The notes under the pieces are model-generated. The model worked only from the letters and a program-made list of their open reading frames with translations. It did no database searches and was not told the origin of the DNA. Position numbers and translations under genes: made by a program. Below, piece by piece: positions 48,552-62,529 of a stretch of 64,000 nucleotides of DNA (position 1 is the stretch's first letter; every line of letters starts with the position of its first letter). The DNA comes from Eledone cirrhosa. Its lineage: Eukaryota. Where the stretch lies: contig OZ024743.1 of assembly GCA_964016885.1 (NCBI GenBank), forward strand, positions 36,704,001 to 36,768,000, written 5' to 3'.

Positions 48552-49419
48552 TAGATTATTAATGAGTATAAGTGTTTTTATATATATATGTATAAGCATG
48601 TACGACTGTCTGTATATATGTGTGTGTATGTATGCCAAATGAAAAAAAGATTATAACCAGAACCTGTATTCTGAATTTTCAGTCGGTTGATTTTAGAAAT
48701 TGCGTTGGGAATAACTGAGAAAAAGGTTATTTGTGGTGGCCATCACTAGTTCAGAAATTAATTACATATATTAGTGACGGAAATATATGAATGTTTATTT
48801 AAGCGATCGCTAACCGGAAGTGTTGACATTTGAAACTGTTAAAGAAGTGAATCCTTAAATAAACAATAAAATATATTTAATCAACAGCCACGAAATTTAG
48901 TAGATACATTATGTAATATTCATTCATTATTTATTCAAAGTAATCCAACTTATTTTACTAATGGGATAACAAATTATAAACTGTACGCAGTCCCACACTT
49001 CTTACTTTATTATAGTTTAGATATAATTAAGAATTGTTTTTTTTAGGAGGATAGGAGGAACAGGAGAGAACCACAGTTAAATAAGGTACTCAATACATTA
49101 GTGGAGGAGGTACATATGTATCACTTATAGAAAAGACTTCTACATGACTAGAACTGTTTCATTCATTTGCAGTTCTAGTCCTGCATAAATCATCTCTATA
49201 TGAAATATACATATATCTTTATCATCATCCTTTTTCATTTGTTTTTCATGCTGACATGAGTTGTTTGGGTCATCATGGTTAGAGTTAGTTCATATTTCAA
49301 GGAACATATCACACTTGCACATTCCAAATGTTGGCATGAATTTCACAGCTAAGTGTACCCTCCTCCAATATTAATCATTTTACATAGTGAAAAATAAAGA
49401 TGGTTATAACACCTAAGTT

Positions 49420-51450
49420 TCCCAACATGTCACCCACCTAATTAGTAACTAAGCTTGATGTTGCTGGACACGAAGGCATGATTGGTTAGAGCTTCACCAT
49501 TTTTGTACCAACTACCTCTAGCAGTACATCTACTTCACTCCTGAGCCACCAGAAACAATATTGTGAGGGACTGAAAGTATACTTTTAGGTACTACATCCC
49601 ACACACAACAAAAACTCTATGCCCCAAGCCTCTCACATGGTTCATCTGTAGCCCTGCTGTAGCAGTTCAGACAAAACTCAAAGAAAGTCACCTAGCCTGG
49701 AAACCTGGGCAGCATTTATTCAGTTTCACAACACTTGCAAGGCCAATATCTGAACAGTGAAGGACACCTCCATGCATCCCATAGCCATCAGTCTCTTCTA
49801 TTTCTCAAATGAGAATCAATCATTCTGGTTCCTTTCAAAAGGATCTCTCCTTACTTTGCAGAAACTTCCTTTCACTACCCCTCAACCATGATAGTTCTGT
49901 TAACAGTACTCTCTCAGAGAAAACTTAAACCTTTGCTGCTTGCTTTGCATCCAACTCCACACTACATAAATACCCTCCCAATGCTCCACCTTGAATATAT
50001 ATATATATGCTAAGTGGGGGAAAGTACTTCAAGTTGCTTCAAACCCCCCCAAATCCATCAACATTGCCAATATCCCTTGAATCATCATTAAAGAATGTGA
50101 TCAAGAAGTAGCCCCAATATTCACTGAAACTCTCTCCCTTTCTACAACAGTATGTACCCTGATTTTTGAAAACATACTGCAGTGTGTATCATTCCCAAGA
50201 ATGCGAACTATTGTCCTATTGCACTCACTTCCAATATTTTAAAGGTAATGAAATTAGTTATCAATGATGTTCACCAATACCTTGAATATCTTTCTTTTTA
50301 TCAACCACCAATATGGCATCTGTAAAGCCAGATTAACTGGAAACTTATTCTCCATTATCACTCACCTGTGGATTTTTGAGAAATTCGGTGACACCAATGT
50401 TGTTGCCCTCAACATCAATTTTTTTACCATGTCTGGCATAGGAATTTTCTTCCGAAACGACCCTCTTATGGGCTCTATCCTGTCATCTCTTGGATTGGTA
50501 GCTTCCTATCAGATAACATTATAGCAACTTGTTCTTACAGTAATGACTCTGTTCTACATCATATCAATATTGGTGTGTTCCAGCATTTGAGTTTAACCCC
50601 TATACTCTTCCTTCTTTACACCAAATACCTACTAGCCACCACATTCTGCAATGCACACACTTATGCAGATGATACCACCCTTCAATCATCCATAATTTTC
50701 CCCCAACCAGTTGTCATTCACATGAAATTTTGACACCTCATGCCAAGCCTGAATTGATTCTGTGAACCAGCATACGGAAAGTATCCTCCAATGGAGTCAT
50801 GCCTAACTTGTCTCTTTCAACATTAAAGAAACACATGTACTACTTATCTCTGCAAATCACCCTCCTTAATCCTTTAGCTTTTACATTACTCTAAATATAC
50901 TATTATATTTTTGTGGTAAAGGCTTTACCTCACATAATTATCTCATATAATATTAGATCTATGAGAATTTTGACGTTATTTATTTTGAGAACAATACCTT
51001 AACATAAATATGAGCAGCCAGTTATAGCCAGTTTGAACAGAAAGAGGTGAGAGAATTCTGGCTGGATATGGCTAGTTAAATGCTAACGGGTTAAGCATTA
51101 TTAGCATCCAACTTAAGATCATTTCAAATGCAAGACCTCACAATTACAGGATTTATCATGGAGAACTTACATCCTCAACATGGCTAGGACCACATAACAA
51201 TGATTAGCTCTTCTCTTCAGGGTCAGAAAATACTTCAACTCCATAATAACTAATGACACTCCACAAAACTCATGGGGTATTGTTTCCACATCTGAGGGTA
51301 ATGCTGCTGTTGTTTACACTGACATTTTAAACCTTGTCTAGAAAAAGCTAATCAGTTTAAAGTAATTCTGACATTCTCCAGCTTTTGGCCCACAGACTTG
51401 CTTTGTCCTCCCTCCATCTCTTCTACCGCTACAACAAGGGTGTATGCTCC
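49420..51450 (+). mobile_element. Highly degenerate CR1/L2/Jockey-like LINE
   Basis: Traces NYCPIALTSNILKVM (~50205) and HTYADDT (~50655). Interrupted by a TTAA-flanked MITE at ~50867-51094. Confidence 0.6.
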
Positions 51451-51483
51451 TCAGGGCTTTCTTGTTTTATTTGTCTCTTCTTC

Positions 51484-51765
51484 TCACATCCTACATGTTG
51501 TATCTAACCTAGGTCCCACACTAACCACTATACAGTCTTCTTATCACATCCCACATGTCATATCCATCCAGGTCCCTCACTAACCACTATACAGTCTCCT
51601 CACATCCTACATGTTATATACAACCCAGGTCCCTCACTAACCACTATACAGTCTCCTCACATCCTACATGTCATATCCACCCCAGAGCCCACAGACCACT
51701 ATACAGTCTCATCACATCCCACATGTATTCGCCCAGGTCCCACACTAACCACTATACAGTCTTTC
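51484..51765. repeat. ~55-57-bp minisatellite, 5 units
   Basis: Repeats of CACATCC(C/T)ACATGT...CCAGGTCCC(T/A)CACTAACCACTATACAGTCT. Confidence 0.85.
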
Positions 51766-51903
51766 TTGCCCAGAACTTTCTCCCTTTTCATGTTTTCCCC
51801 AAAGGATTGGACCTGCAACAATTTAAACAGAACATTAATGGCATCGATTTGTCCAGGCTTGGGGGGCCTATGAATGCCATTGACACTGCCCCTTCCTCTA
51901 GAT

Positions 51904-52215
51904 CAGTGATTCCCAACGTGGGGCGAACACCATCACAGGGGGGGGGGGGGCAATTTGAATATTTAACAGGGCCATTTGAAAATGATGTTAATACAAACAA
52001 ACTTCAGGTTTTACTTTATTACTTTTACACCAAGGCAACTTTGGTTCACAATACTGTCAGAAACTCCTGTCTCACCCTCTCCATATGTTATTGTGCATTT
52101 GGCACCACTTACACACCAATTTGTTTACACTTTGCTGTTTTCATGTCCAAAGGAGACATAACAATTTTTTAGATGTTCAGGTGGGGCATGGTGCACAAAA
52201 GGTTGGGAACCACTC
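51904..52215. mobile_element. hAT (Charlie-like) MITE
   Basis: TIRs CAGTGATTCCCAAC / GTTGGGAACCACTC. The 8-bp TSD CTCTAGAT / CTCTAGAC matches the NTCTAGAN target preference. Confidence 0.85.
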
Positions 52216-52714
52216 CTCTAGACCTATCAAGTAAAACTAAATGCATGTATACATAGACACATGTATGTTTATCATTATATGGCATATGATGGTGTAATCT
52301 TCGCCGTGAACAGAAATGATGTCACCGTTAAAAAAATATACTGTTACATTTTATTTTAATACCATAAATAATAGTTAAAGTAATTTAAGAAATACTATTT
52401 CAATCTGCTTATTAGCTAAGAATACATGACTTGTACTTAATGGTAACACAATATATATAATGGCGTTACACGTATGTGAAAATAATTACATTTTATTTTA
52501 TATCATAAATAAATAAAAAGCATTAAATTAGTCATCTATTGAAGTTTGCCGGTGTTTTTCCTTTTTTGTGTCTCTCGATTAATGTATATACATTGTATTG
52601 CACAATCATATGTTATTAGTAACTCTTCTGTATTGAAGTCAGTAAAACTAACGCCACTTTGCCTGTATTTACGTTTTGGTGTTTTGGCTGGAAGGTTCAG
52701 CCAAGAAGGGGACG

Positions 52715-52721
52715 TATAAAA
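52715..52721 (+). promoter_or_regulatory. Candidate TATA box of RIOK3
   Basis: TATAAAA about 180 bp upstream of the ATG. Positional evidence only. Confidence 0.3.
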
Positions 52722-52896
52722 ACACTTAAGTCCCCCTCCCCCCCATTTAGCTCGAATTAGCCAAGAAAAAGTGCTTTAAGGGTGACTGACAGCTTTTACA
52801 GAAGAAAAACATTTATTTTATTTCACACATCTGGACGTGTCTTTTGTTCAACTTATCGTGTGTATACATTTTTTTTCTTCGAAGTATTTTCAAAAC

Positions 52897-53123
52897 ATGT
52901 CAGCTTCAGCGGAATCTTCTGCAGCAGTAGTGGAATTTTATGGCGACAGCAAGCCTCGCGATGTTTCATTACAGCTCACATCACCTACAGACAATGCATG
53001 GAACAAGAAATCTCCTTGGGGGCAACCTTCGAAATCGTGGCAGCAACCATGTAACTTGACGGAAGTTATGAGTGAACAACTCGCTTTAGAGTTAAGCCAA
53101 ACAGATGCCAAATATAACAACAC
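52897..53123 (+). CDS. RIOK3: Serine/threonine kinase RIO3, coding exon 1
   Basis: MSASAESS...KSPWGQ...CNLTEVMSEQLALEL matches the RIOK3 N-terminal motif (human CSLADVMSEQLAKEL, from memory). Donor AC|GTAAGT, phase 2. Confidence 0.88.
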
Positions 53124-53582
53124 GTAAGTGTACTCACCGACCTTTAACAATTTAATTAATTATTTCTAAGGATGTATGTTGTCAAGTATTTTAATTGATA
53201 GGTTGATTGTGTAATTTATAGAACATTTAGTCGGATTTGACAATGGTATTATATTTGTTGTTGTTTAACCCCATGGTCAGCCCTAATTAAGCAGATTTTG
53301 ATCAAAGACAATCCAGCTGTGATCATCCTGTCTTTTTGTATATCATTATTCAGTGTGCCCCTTTTAAAAGTCAATAGAGTATAGTTTGACTGATATTTTT
53401 CGCAGGTTGAGTGACAGCATATAGGTTTCCTAGTTGATGGTTGGTCTATAGAACCAAACTTTTAGCAGATTGAACGCAAATAACCGTTTTATTTAATTTC
53501 ACTTCATATTTATATTATTAAAAGCAATACGAAAGTCCGACAAACAAAACAGTCAAGTTAAAAAAAAAAAAATATTAACTAA

Positions 53583-53762
53583 AGCGTCGGATAAATGCTA
53601 AGCAGTATTTGTTTTGGCTCTTTACGTTCTGAGTTCAAATTCCGCCGAGGTCAACGTTACTTTTCATAATTTCCAGTTTGTAAAGTACCAGACAAGTACT
53701 GGGTACATTTAATCTGCTTTCTCCTAGCACAAAAGTGCCGGTCTTGTGCCTGAATTAAAACT
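53583..53762 (+). mobile_element. Degenerate SINE in RIOK3 intron 1
   Basis: GAGTTCAAATTCCGCCGAGGTCAAC...AAAGTACCAG...CTTGTGCC. Confidence 0.65.
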
Positions 53763-54883
53763 CACCAAGAAGATAGGACTTCTGTGGGTGTTGTTTCTTA
53801 TTTTAATCTTAAAAAACAACAACAAAGATAAAAGTATACAATAGATATAAAACTTTAATTAATAGATATTTCCGTTTTTAATTTTATTTTTATGTTTACA
53901 CGATCTCATCAAATATCTTGCCAAATAAGTACAACTATACTGTATATAAACAAAATATTCTAGTTTTATGTTTGAAACTACAGCAGTAAGAAACTCTCTG
54001 GAGAGTTGGGCAGCAGGTCTTCAGAGAAGAAACCCCGCTTCTGCAAGTGTTTAGGCTCAGGATACCATTAGAGTATTACAAGACATAATAAAATGAGTGA
54101 AAAACGTATTTATCGACATATATGCTCATGCAGGTGATAGCAAAGAAGAAATTTTGACAGCAGTTTTAGAACTGTTCTTTTACGTCTTACTTTCCTGAAT
54201 TACACGTGGATAATAAGTTCTTTTTAATTTTTTTTTTATTATTAATGAGTTTAGCGATTTAGTTTCACTATTTTAATTTTTAGTTGGGCGATTGGCAAAT
54301 CATTTTTCACCCGAATTCACGACTTGTTTATCATTATAGACTTCAATGTTGTTGATTTAGATGTTGCTTACTCTCTAAAGGTTCAACTCTCTCATATATA
54401 ATTTCTCGTGCAACTCAGAAAATTTAATGTGTTATAACATATAAGGGTTGTCATGAATATTACATTGACCAAACAGAATTAACACCCTAACAAAGAATGA
54501 CAGTTCACTGCCAGCAAAACCAACATATAGAATGTCTTCCCATTCTATCAAAGTTGCCAGCCAACATCAGAGGAAAACTGCTTTGGCAAAGATAATTTTT
54601 TTGTAGAAAAATTTAGGCCACAGCTGAACGTTTTAATACCTGGTCAGACCAGAGTTACGTCCCTTGGCAAGGATTGTGGGTTTTTTTTTTTTTGTTACTT
54701 TTTTTATCACCATAAGGGGGAAAGAAACAACCAGTTGCGTCCCTTGTTTTAACAAATCAGGCGACAGTAACATTACAGATAGAAACTTAGAAAATTAGAT
54801 ATGAAAAAACTTTTAAAAACTATGTAGACACACTGCTAGCTGGCAAAACTTTATTAAAAGTAACTGCCATTACTGATTATTGA

Positions 54884-55072
54884 TTGGCAATATCAGTAGA
54901 GGGTCGGACGCTATGCTTTGACGCATAGAGTTACGCCCCTTTCCATTCTGAGTTCAAATCTCGCCGAGGTTAACTTTGCCTTTCATCCTTACGGGGTCGA
55001 TAAAATAAAGTACCAGTAATGCACTGGGTAATTTGCTGGCCTTGTGCCAAAAGTAAAAACAATTATATTATT
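54884..55072 (+). mobile_element. tRNA-derived SINE (same family as 12166)
   Basis: Near-identical to 12166-12360. Confidence 0.85.
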
Positions 55073-55658
55073 GGTATTTTTTAAACATTAATATTATTAA
55101 CCCTTTCATGAGTCGATAAAGTAAAGTACTTGATATTTTAATAATTTATTTCTACGATATAATTACACATATGTTCAGCATTAAAGAACAAAAGGGATTA
55201 AATGTGTGAGTAACTTGAGAGAAATAACTAATTATAGGGACAAATATAGGGTTAGACCCAGAACGTTGTGATTGAAAAGTGAACTTCTTATTGTAGCAAC
55301 ATGACAGGTAGAAAAGGTAGAATTGTGTGTGTAAATTTGAAAGAGTTATATGTATGTATACATGGTAATGAATCATGCTTTTTACAACCTTAAAATAGGA
55401 AATACTTCTTGTGGTATATAAAGAAATAATTATTAAGGCTGTGGATGGCAGAATCAGTAAAACCTTGATGAAGTGCTAAAAATCAATATCGTAGATTTTT
55501 TACATTGGTACAAGGTCATACACTTTAGAGCAAAGGTTCTGTGTTCGTACTGAGGAGGTTCAGGGGGGCGCTGGGTGTGGTGGTAGAGATGATATAATAG
55601 TATATTAAATATTAAATGATACATATTAGATATAGTAAAATTTTAAAAAAATATATAA

Positions 55659-55990
55659 ATATACGCAAACGGCAAAGCATAAATGAACTAAGTGAGAAAT
55701 TAGGAATAAGAGGGATCAGATGCTGTTTACTTGAGAGAAGACTACGTTGGTATGGTCACGTGATGCGCATGAAAGACGACAGTTGTATAAAAAAGTGCAG
55801 GGCGATCAAAATTGATGGACGTTACGGAGTAGGTAGACTCAGAAAAACCTGGGATGATTTGATTAATTCCAACCTTACACACTTACACCTCTCTAAGACA
55901 ATGTCACTGGACCGAGATTTTTGGCACTATGCAGTAATAGAGGAGACCCGCCTTGCCTATGTACAAAGCGAAACCTACTCCTACCAACAC
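55659..55990 (+). mobile_element. RTE fragment
   Basis: RRLRWYGHVMRM...GRLRKTW; reverse complement of ~35535-35860. Confidence 0.8.
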
Positions 55991-57277
55991 CACCCTTTCT
56001 CTGTAAAAAAATTTGAGAACCTCTGCTTTAGAGTATAGTATAAGTACTTTATGTAATTTTATTGGTCCAAGGAAGAAAAGGATGAGATGCACAGTTTATT
56101 TTGGTGAGATTTGAACCAAGAACATCATCAATATGTTGATATAAATGGCTTGATGGATAAGTAATGAACCAAATATTTTATGGTGTTGAATTTAAGGCAC
56201 ATGATTAGATTTTCATTTCAGTGGTTATTTAATTATTAATTGTAGTTATCATTTTTACTACCAGTACATAACCCATTGTTTTATGGATGGTATAAGTAAT
56301 ATACTCTTCCTTTACCAAACTTTAACACATGTGTATGCACGCAGAGAGAGAGATCATTGATTTCTAGCATAAATGAAAGCCTTTAGAACATTTGCCAGAA
56401 CCCCCACTCCACATTGTATGTTCGAGTTCCATAAATTACACATGAAAAATTTAGAATGTTTTTTACAGTTCGTAGGATGTTTGTGTGACAGGTGGACAAA
56501 AAGTCTGTACAGTTATTATAATATAGAGTGTTTAACTGTTGTAGAAGATGGCCACAACACTCCTCCACCCAGTGCAGCTTTCATAATCAGTTTTATCGAC
56601 CCTAAAAAGAGGAGAGGCAGAGTTGACATTGTGTAGAATTTGAACTCAAAGTACAGAGACCCAGAACAAATACCACAAGATATTCGGTCTCGTGCTCTAA
56701 GACTTAATCTCCTGTTAACTTTTAATGCTTCATACAGTAAATATGTTAACACTAATTGAGCTATTATTTCTTGTTAACAGGGAAAATGGATGTGAAATGA
56801 TGAGGATGGTGTGTCTGAATTATTTAAATGGTATAAAATCTGCTACAAATTAATAGAAATACATTAGCAGTGTTTTTAATTTGAACTACGGCAATGAATG
56901 GTATAACAAGTTTTCAGAAAATTATTGAATATTAAATATTCTCGTCACTATTTAATGTCTATTTTCCATGCTTCCGTTCTTCATATTTATATAGGTGACA
57001 AATTGGCCGAGTTATTAAAACTTCAGATTAAATGTCTTGGTATTTATTTTGGCTCTCTATGCACTGAGTTCAAATCCTGTCAGATGAGATATTTTACAGT
57101 ATCTGATCTTGCTTTGAGTGTTTCGTGTATCAATTATGACAGATAGTATCAGCAATGAAAGACTAATTGGAACACAGTTTCCTTGGTCTGATCTGATGAC
57201 TGGCTCCTTTCCTCCTTCATATTTATTACATTTAACATTTTCTCTGATATAATTTGACTTTTTTTTTCCCTTTACAG

Positions 57278-57462
57278 TGATCTTGATGAGCGTCTGGTTA
57301 ATTTCATGGCCTCTAATGCATGCAGTTCTGTTGCACAATCAGACAAAGAAATTCAAGAGGCAAATGATGAGCTGTTGGCAAAACTATTACAACAACAGTT
57401 AGATGTAGAGGATAACAAACAAATCAAATTAGAAGAAAGGAAATACAATGGTAACAATAAAG
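57278..57462 (+). CDS. RIOK3: RIOK3 coding exon 2
   Basis: TTTACAG acceptor; DLDERLV...NDELLAKLLQQQLDVEDNKQIKLEERKYNGNNK; phase 2 in, phase 1 out. Confidence 0.9.
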
Positions 57463-58073
57463 GTAGTATTCTTTTATTCTTTTACTGGTTTCAGTCATTA
57501 GACTGTGGCCATACTCGAGCATTACATCAAAGGGATTTAGATCATCTTATTTAGTACAATCTCTTTTTGCCAAGCCGCTAAGTTATGTGACATAAACATA
57601 GACACAAATGTAAACATAGACATGAATATATGCATGCACACACATTTCTTGCATTGGTGCAATTTAAGCTTGCTGTTTATGGCGAAAAGAAAATTAGAAG
57701 TTGTGGTGCATAAGTGAAAGGATGTGAATTCAACAGTCAATATCATGTTACACACTTGTCTCACCAAAAGCCTACATCAGCTTTATTGTGTCCTCTGCTT
57801 CATTGTTATATTTCTAGTAGTCATCATAATATTTGTTTTTCCCATGCTGGTATGAGTAGGAGATATCTGTTGTGCAGCATATTGTCATTGTCAAGCTAAG
57901 TGTCTTGAGATCTGATTCTGGCCTGTTATCCTATGCCCCAAGTAGCTATCATTGAAAACATAGTATTTTAAATCTCCACTCAAGTGAAATAATCCCAAGA
58001 TGAGTCAACAAAAATATCTTCTGTGTAGTAGTATGACCTAAAATAGCTTCTAGATCTTTCTCAAATCCTTTGG

Positions 58074-58172
58074 GTGTAGGCATGGCTGTGTGGTTAAGAT
58101 GTTTGTTTTAAAACTGCAGAGTTTTGAGTTCAGTCCCACTGCTGGACACCTTGAGCATGTCTCTTCTATTAT
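58074..58172 (+). mobile_element. tRNA-derived SINE head (third type)
   Basis: GGCATGGCTGTGTGGTTAAG...GAGTTCAGTCCCACTG...CACCTTG. Relatives at ~19930 and ~61632. Confidence 0.6.
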
Positions 58173-58187
58173 AAACAGGTTCATTAA

Positions 58188-58396
58188 CCCTTTAATGTTC
58201 AAACCGGCCAGAATTCTCTACCTCTTTCTGTTGAAACTGGCTGTAACTGGTCGCTCAAACTGATGTTAAGGTATTGTTCTCAAAATAAATACTTTCAAAA
58301 TCTCATAGATTCGATATTATGTGAGATATTATGTGAGGTAAAGCCTTTATCATGAAAATATAATAGTATATATAGAGTAATGTGAATACTAAAGGG
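58188..58396. mobile_element. piggyBac-like MITE
   Basis: TTAA flanks; TIRs CCCTTTAATGTTCA / TGAATACTAAAGGG. An inverted relative is at ~50867-51094. Confidence 0.75.
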
Positions 58397-58809
58397 TTAA
58401 TGCTTTGTAAGTTAAATTCAGTAGAAGACCTTTGGTAGAAGAGAACTATGTGGAAACCTTTTTGGGTGATAGAGTTAATCCATTGCCTGATTTTAATATC
58501 ACCATCTGCTTCGTAGGTGCCTTTATCAGAGTCTATAGTGTTATAACCATATGACCCATGCCTGAAGTCTGAAAGAATGTTCCTTGCCTTTTGCCCACTA
58601 ATTTTGGGGGTCCCAAAAAAAGTCATGAGCACTGCCCTTAACCATTTGACTTAAGGCGTTAGAAGGCCTCACCATATTGTTTTAGAAGAGAAAGAGAAAA
58701 TGTAGGTCTCTGACCCAGAGGTTAAACAATAAGTTACAATATCCATAAACTATTTGAATTTAGTTGAAATTTAAAAAATTAATTTCAAAATGTCTTTTCT
58801 TCCTTGTAG

Positions 58810-58923
58810 TTTCCATATCATATGAGAAGTATTGTTCAAGACCTCTATCTGGTTATGAAGAATCTTATGACTTTAGTGATGATGATGATGAATTTAGGAG
58901 TCATGAGAAAAAGACTGAATGGG
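58810..58923 (+). CDS. RIOK3: RIOK3 coding exon 3
   Basis: TTGTAG acceptor; VSISYEKY...YDFSDDDDE...TEW; donor G|GTAAGA; phases consistent. Confidence 0.9.
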
Positions 58924-59789
58924 GTAAGAATGTTATAAAAATCACTTTTCCTTGTTTCAATATTGTTCAACAGTATTTTCATAATGTTCTCTTATCTAGT
59001 TTTATATTTTAAAAATCACATTTGATGAACTATAAAATGGTTTGTTGCAGGTTTTCAATGAACCAATCACTAATTCACTATATTTTTTACAGTAAAAAGG
59101 ACAAGGGAGTGAGTGTAACTAGGGCTAGAACAATTATCTTAAGAGTCTCTATTAGCACTGGTTTCTCAGTTTTCTTGTTGATGTTATATTCTTTAATGAT
59201 ATACACCAGTGAAAGACAGTCAAACACAAATTTATATCTATTCTTAACTGAAGCTGGGTGAAATGCATATGTAAATGCACATACATGTAAACATATCTTA
59301 TTTACATATTTCTCTATAAAGATGAGCTGCTTGACCTGAGTTTTGTTTCTTGGAACTATCTTCAGAAGTTACCTACATCTCACACAACCCACAGAGAAGT
59401 ACATAACTAAAGGTTTTATAAACCTATCAAATGTGGCAGTAACAGTAAACTGAAAAAAGTCTTTAGTGCTGGTGGCTTGATATGGTGCATCTAGTTTATG
59501 CTGTAAAATGGTTGGTGATTGGAAGGGCATCCAGCCAATAAAGCCATGCTAAAATCATGACAGTCACACATGCAATGAAAGATCCTAATTCTCTCTCTAT
59601 ATATATAGAACTGACACTTATTTTGTTAGTTGCACATAGTAGTAGGATGGCCAGGTGGGAGGGACCAAATGATTTCAAACGATCGCACCAACTTTCTACC
59701 TTTCAGATGCAGAAAAAACATCAAATAACCTACCTCTCATTGGAAACTCTCCTTCTCTTGTCAGTTAACAAAACTTCAGGACTGCCACT

Positions 59790-61170
59790 GTCAATGTTGG
59801 CACAATGAAAGTTAGGTCTGGAGAGAATGTAGAGTTGCTAGAGCAGAGTGGGGATAGATGATGTGTGCTGTGTACAAGAATTAAGAAGTTGGGGAACCTC
59901 AGTAAAATTCCTTGATGGCAATGAAAACAGGTACAAATTTTCAGTTGGTAAGAATAGCCATATTGTTGATGGAGAAATGAAAGGTTAAAGTAACTGAGGT
60001 AGGGTGTATGATAGAATAATTAAGCTGAAACTCATCATAGGCAACACTACAGCAATAATGATCTCATCATAGAAACCAAATCAACTCTGTCAGATGAACA
60101 ATAGAATTGTTTTTGTAAGGTTCTGTTGCAAACTACCTTCATAATGAATATCAGCAACATAGTTATAACAGCTATTGATGTTAACTCTTTTCTAACTGTA
60201 TTTCTAATGAAATACACTCTATTTCAATTAATTCAGGAATAATTTTGAGAGATTTACTAAAATCATTTCATTACTAAGATAGTAATGTAATATATGATTC
60301 TTATATAAAATTATGTTGGAACATCTAAATTTTAAACCCTTTAAAATGGGTGGTATTTTTTGTTTCATAGAACCAGCACCAGTTTGGTACCAAAAGGGTC
60401 AATGGACATGCTGAGAAGTGACCATACTTGATATGCAGAAAAAGTTTAGATATTAATTCTCTACTATTTACCCTTTACCTTTTATCTAATGTAAACTATG
60501 AGATACAGAGGGTCTACATGCAGGCTTGTAGGGAAGAGGGACTTCATCTGTAGCAGATGTACAGTAGTAGTTAACAGCAAGATCATCCATGAAATAAATT
60601 ATTTCAAACACTCCAAAAGCCCCATAGAAGTAGTTGATAGTTTCTGTTATTTAGGTGGCCTAAATAACAGTAGAGAAAGGTGTTCTGAAAAGTTAGTCAT
60701 CACTTCAAGTAACTATTACCTCTATTAGCAAAAAGTGGATTTTCTGTTTGAGCAAAAAGTGTGATGCTTGTGATGCATGGTAGCTAAACATGGCCATTGA
60801 ATGCAGAATGTATGAACAGGAAGGAAAGAAATGATGCAAGCATGTTCTGCTGGGTGTGTAATGTTAGTGTGAATGAATGCTGGAGTATAAGTAAGTTGTG
60901 AGAACAACTGGGTATAGGAGGAATCAGCTGTAGTGTGCAAAAGAGAAGACTGCACTGGTATCGACATGTAATATGTATAGAGGATAGCAGTTGGAATTAA
61001 CCTGTGAGAAATGAAGACATGAGAAGAAGCAATGAAGGCTGATCTTAAGAGGCTAAACCTCATGAAGGAGATGAGAAATGACTATAACAAGTAGTGAGAT
61101 ATGGTGCTGGAGAAAACCCATCCAACCCATGCAAACATGGAAAAGCAGATGTAAAAATGATAATGATGGT
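59790..61170 (+). mobile_element. Degenerate RTE remnant in RIOK3 intron 3, interrupted by a MITE
   Basis: Traces NVGTMK..SGE, CCVQE, DFICSRC, EVVDSFCYLG, and an RTE-type 3' end near 61120-61170. Confidence 0.6.
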
Positions 61171-61354
61171 ACATGCAACCAGCCTCTGTACAGTTTTTGT
61201 TCACCAAATATCACTCACAAGGATTTGGTTATAAAACTTTTGTGGTCTGACTTCAAATCCTACCACTGGAAAAGTTGTGGCTCTTTTTTTTATAGAGGTT
61301 TATGGTTTCTTTTTTATTTATTTTTTATCTCATCTGTTGGTTTTTAATTTTTAG

Positions 61355-61467
61355 AGATAACTCCTCCTGAGATTGGGCAAAGTGGTATTTCAGGGAAAGG
61401 TAAAAATATCACAACCAAACATGATGCTGACATTTGTGGTCGCAAAAATGCAACAAAACTTCTTGAG
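61355..61467 (+). CDS. RIOK3: RIOK3 coding exon 4
   Basis: EITPPEIGQSGISGKGKNITTKHDADICGRKNATKLLE contains the conserved GKGK.ITTKHD...CGRKN. TTTTTAG acceptor and GAG|GTGAGA donor. Not in the ORF track. Confidence 0.92.
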
Positions 61468-62529
61468 GTGAGATATATATATATTTATTTTCTAATTTGT
61501 TCTGAGGTAATTCTTCAGTGATCATTTTATAGCAAGCACCCTAAAAAAACCATCAAACCAACTCTGGTGTCTATTTCAAAATGCATTTATTTTAATTTTC
61601 AATCATATTTTATGTAAGAAAATGTTATTATGTTGGCTGTGTAATTAAGAGGTTTGCTTCAGAACCATATGGCTTCAGGTTCAGATACTTTGCACCACAT
61701 CTTGGACAAGTGTATTCCTCTGGCTAACTTTGTAAATGAATTTGGAGAACAGAAACTAAGGAAGCCTTATGTGGATGTGTGTGTATTCCAGTTGCCATAA
61801 ACATCATATCAACACTGTTTATAGAAAGTGATCATTAGCTTACTTTTGTTTATGTCCCTCATAAACAATACATCCTACAGCGGAGTGGGTTGACAGACAT
61901 TAGTGTTATATATACCATACTTAAAATAAGTACAAGTTGGCATCAGGAAGGGCATCCGGCCATAGAAAACCTATAATAAAAGTCTTGTCCAACTCAAGAA
62001 ATCATGAAAAAGTTAGTTATTGTTTTATATTTCTTACACGGAGCTTATCTTAGTTTTATGGTGTTAAGTGACTGAGAGAACAAGACCCTTCTCCTGGATG
62101 GGATGCTAGTCCATCACAAGGCTAGCCCAGCCAGCTACTGCCACTGGTACTCATTTATAGCTGAAGGAACTGAAGCTGTGTGAAAAATGAAGTGTCTTGC
62201 TGAAGAACACAATGTATCATCTGCTCAGGAAATTGAATCCATGACTTTATAATTGTGAAGCTATGTAAAAATGATTATGATGATATGTGCACCAAATAAC
62301 ATATTGATAATGAAGAGTTAGTGATTTTACTAAATCCTTTAAAAATTTGAAGGATTTTATTTCAAAATGAATTGAAACACATAGGAAGTATATTTGATGA
62401 AGAATATGGTCACATATATTTTCAGCATATCATTATATATTTTTCCTCTTTACATAACTAGCAATTCTTTAGATTATATTTTGATGTTGTAACCACTTAT
62501 TAACTATACATTATTAAATATTATTTCAG

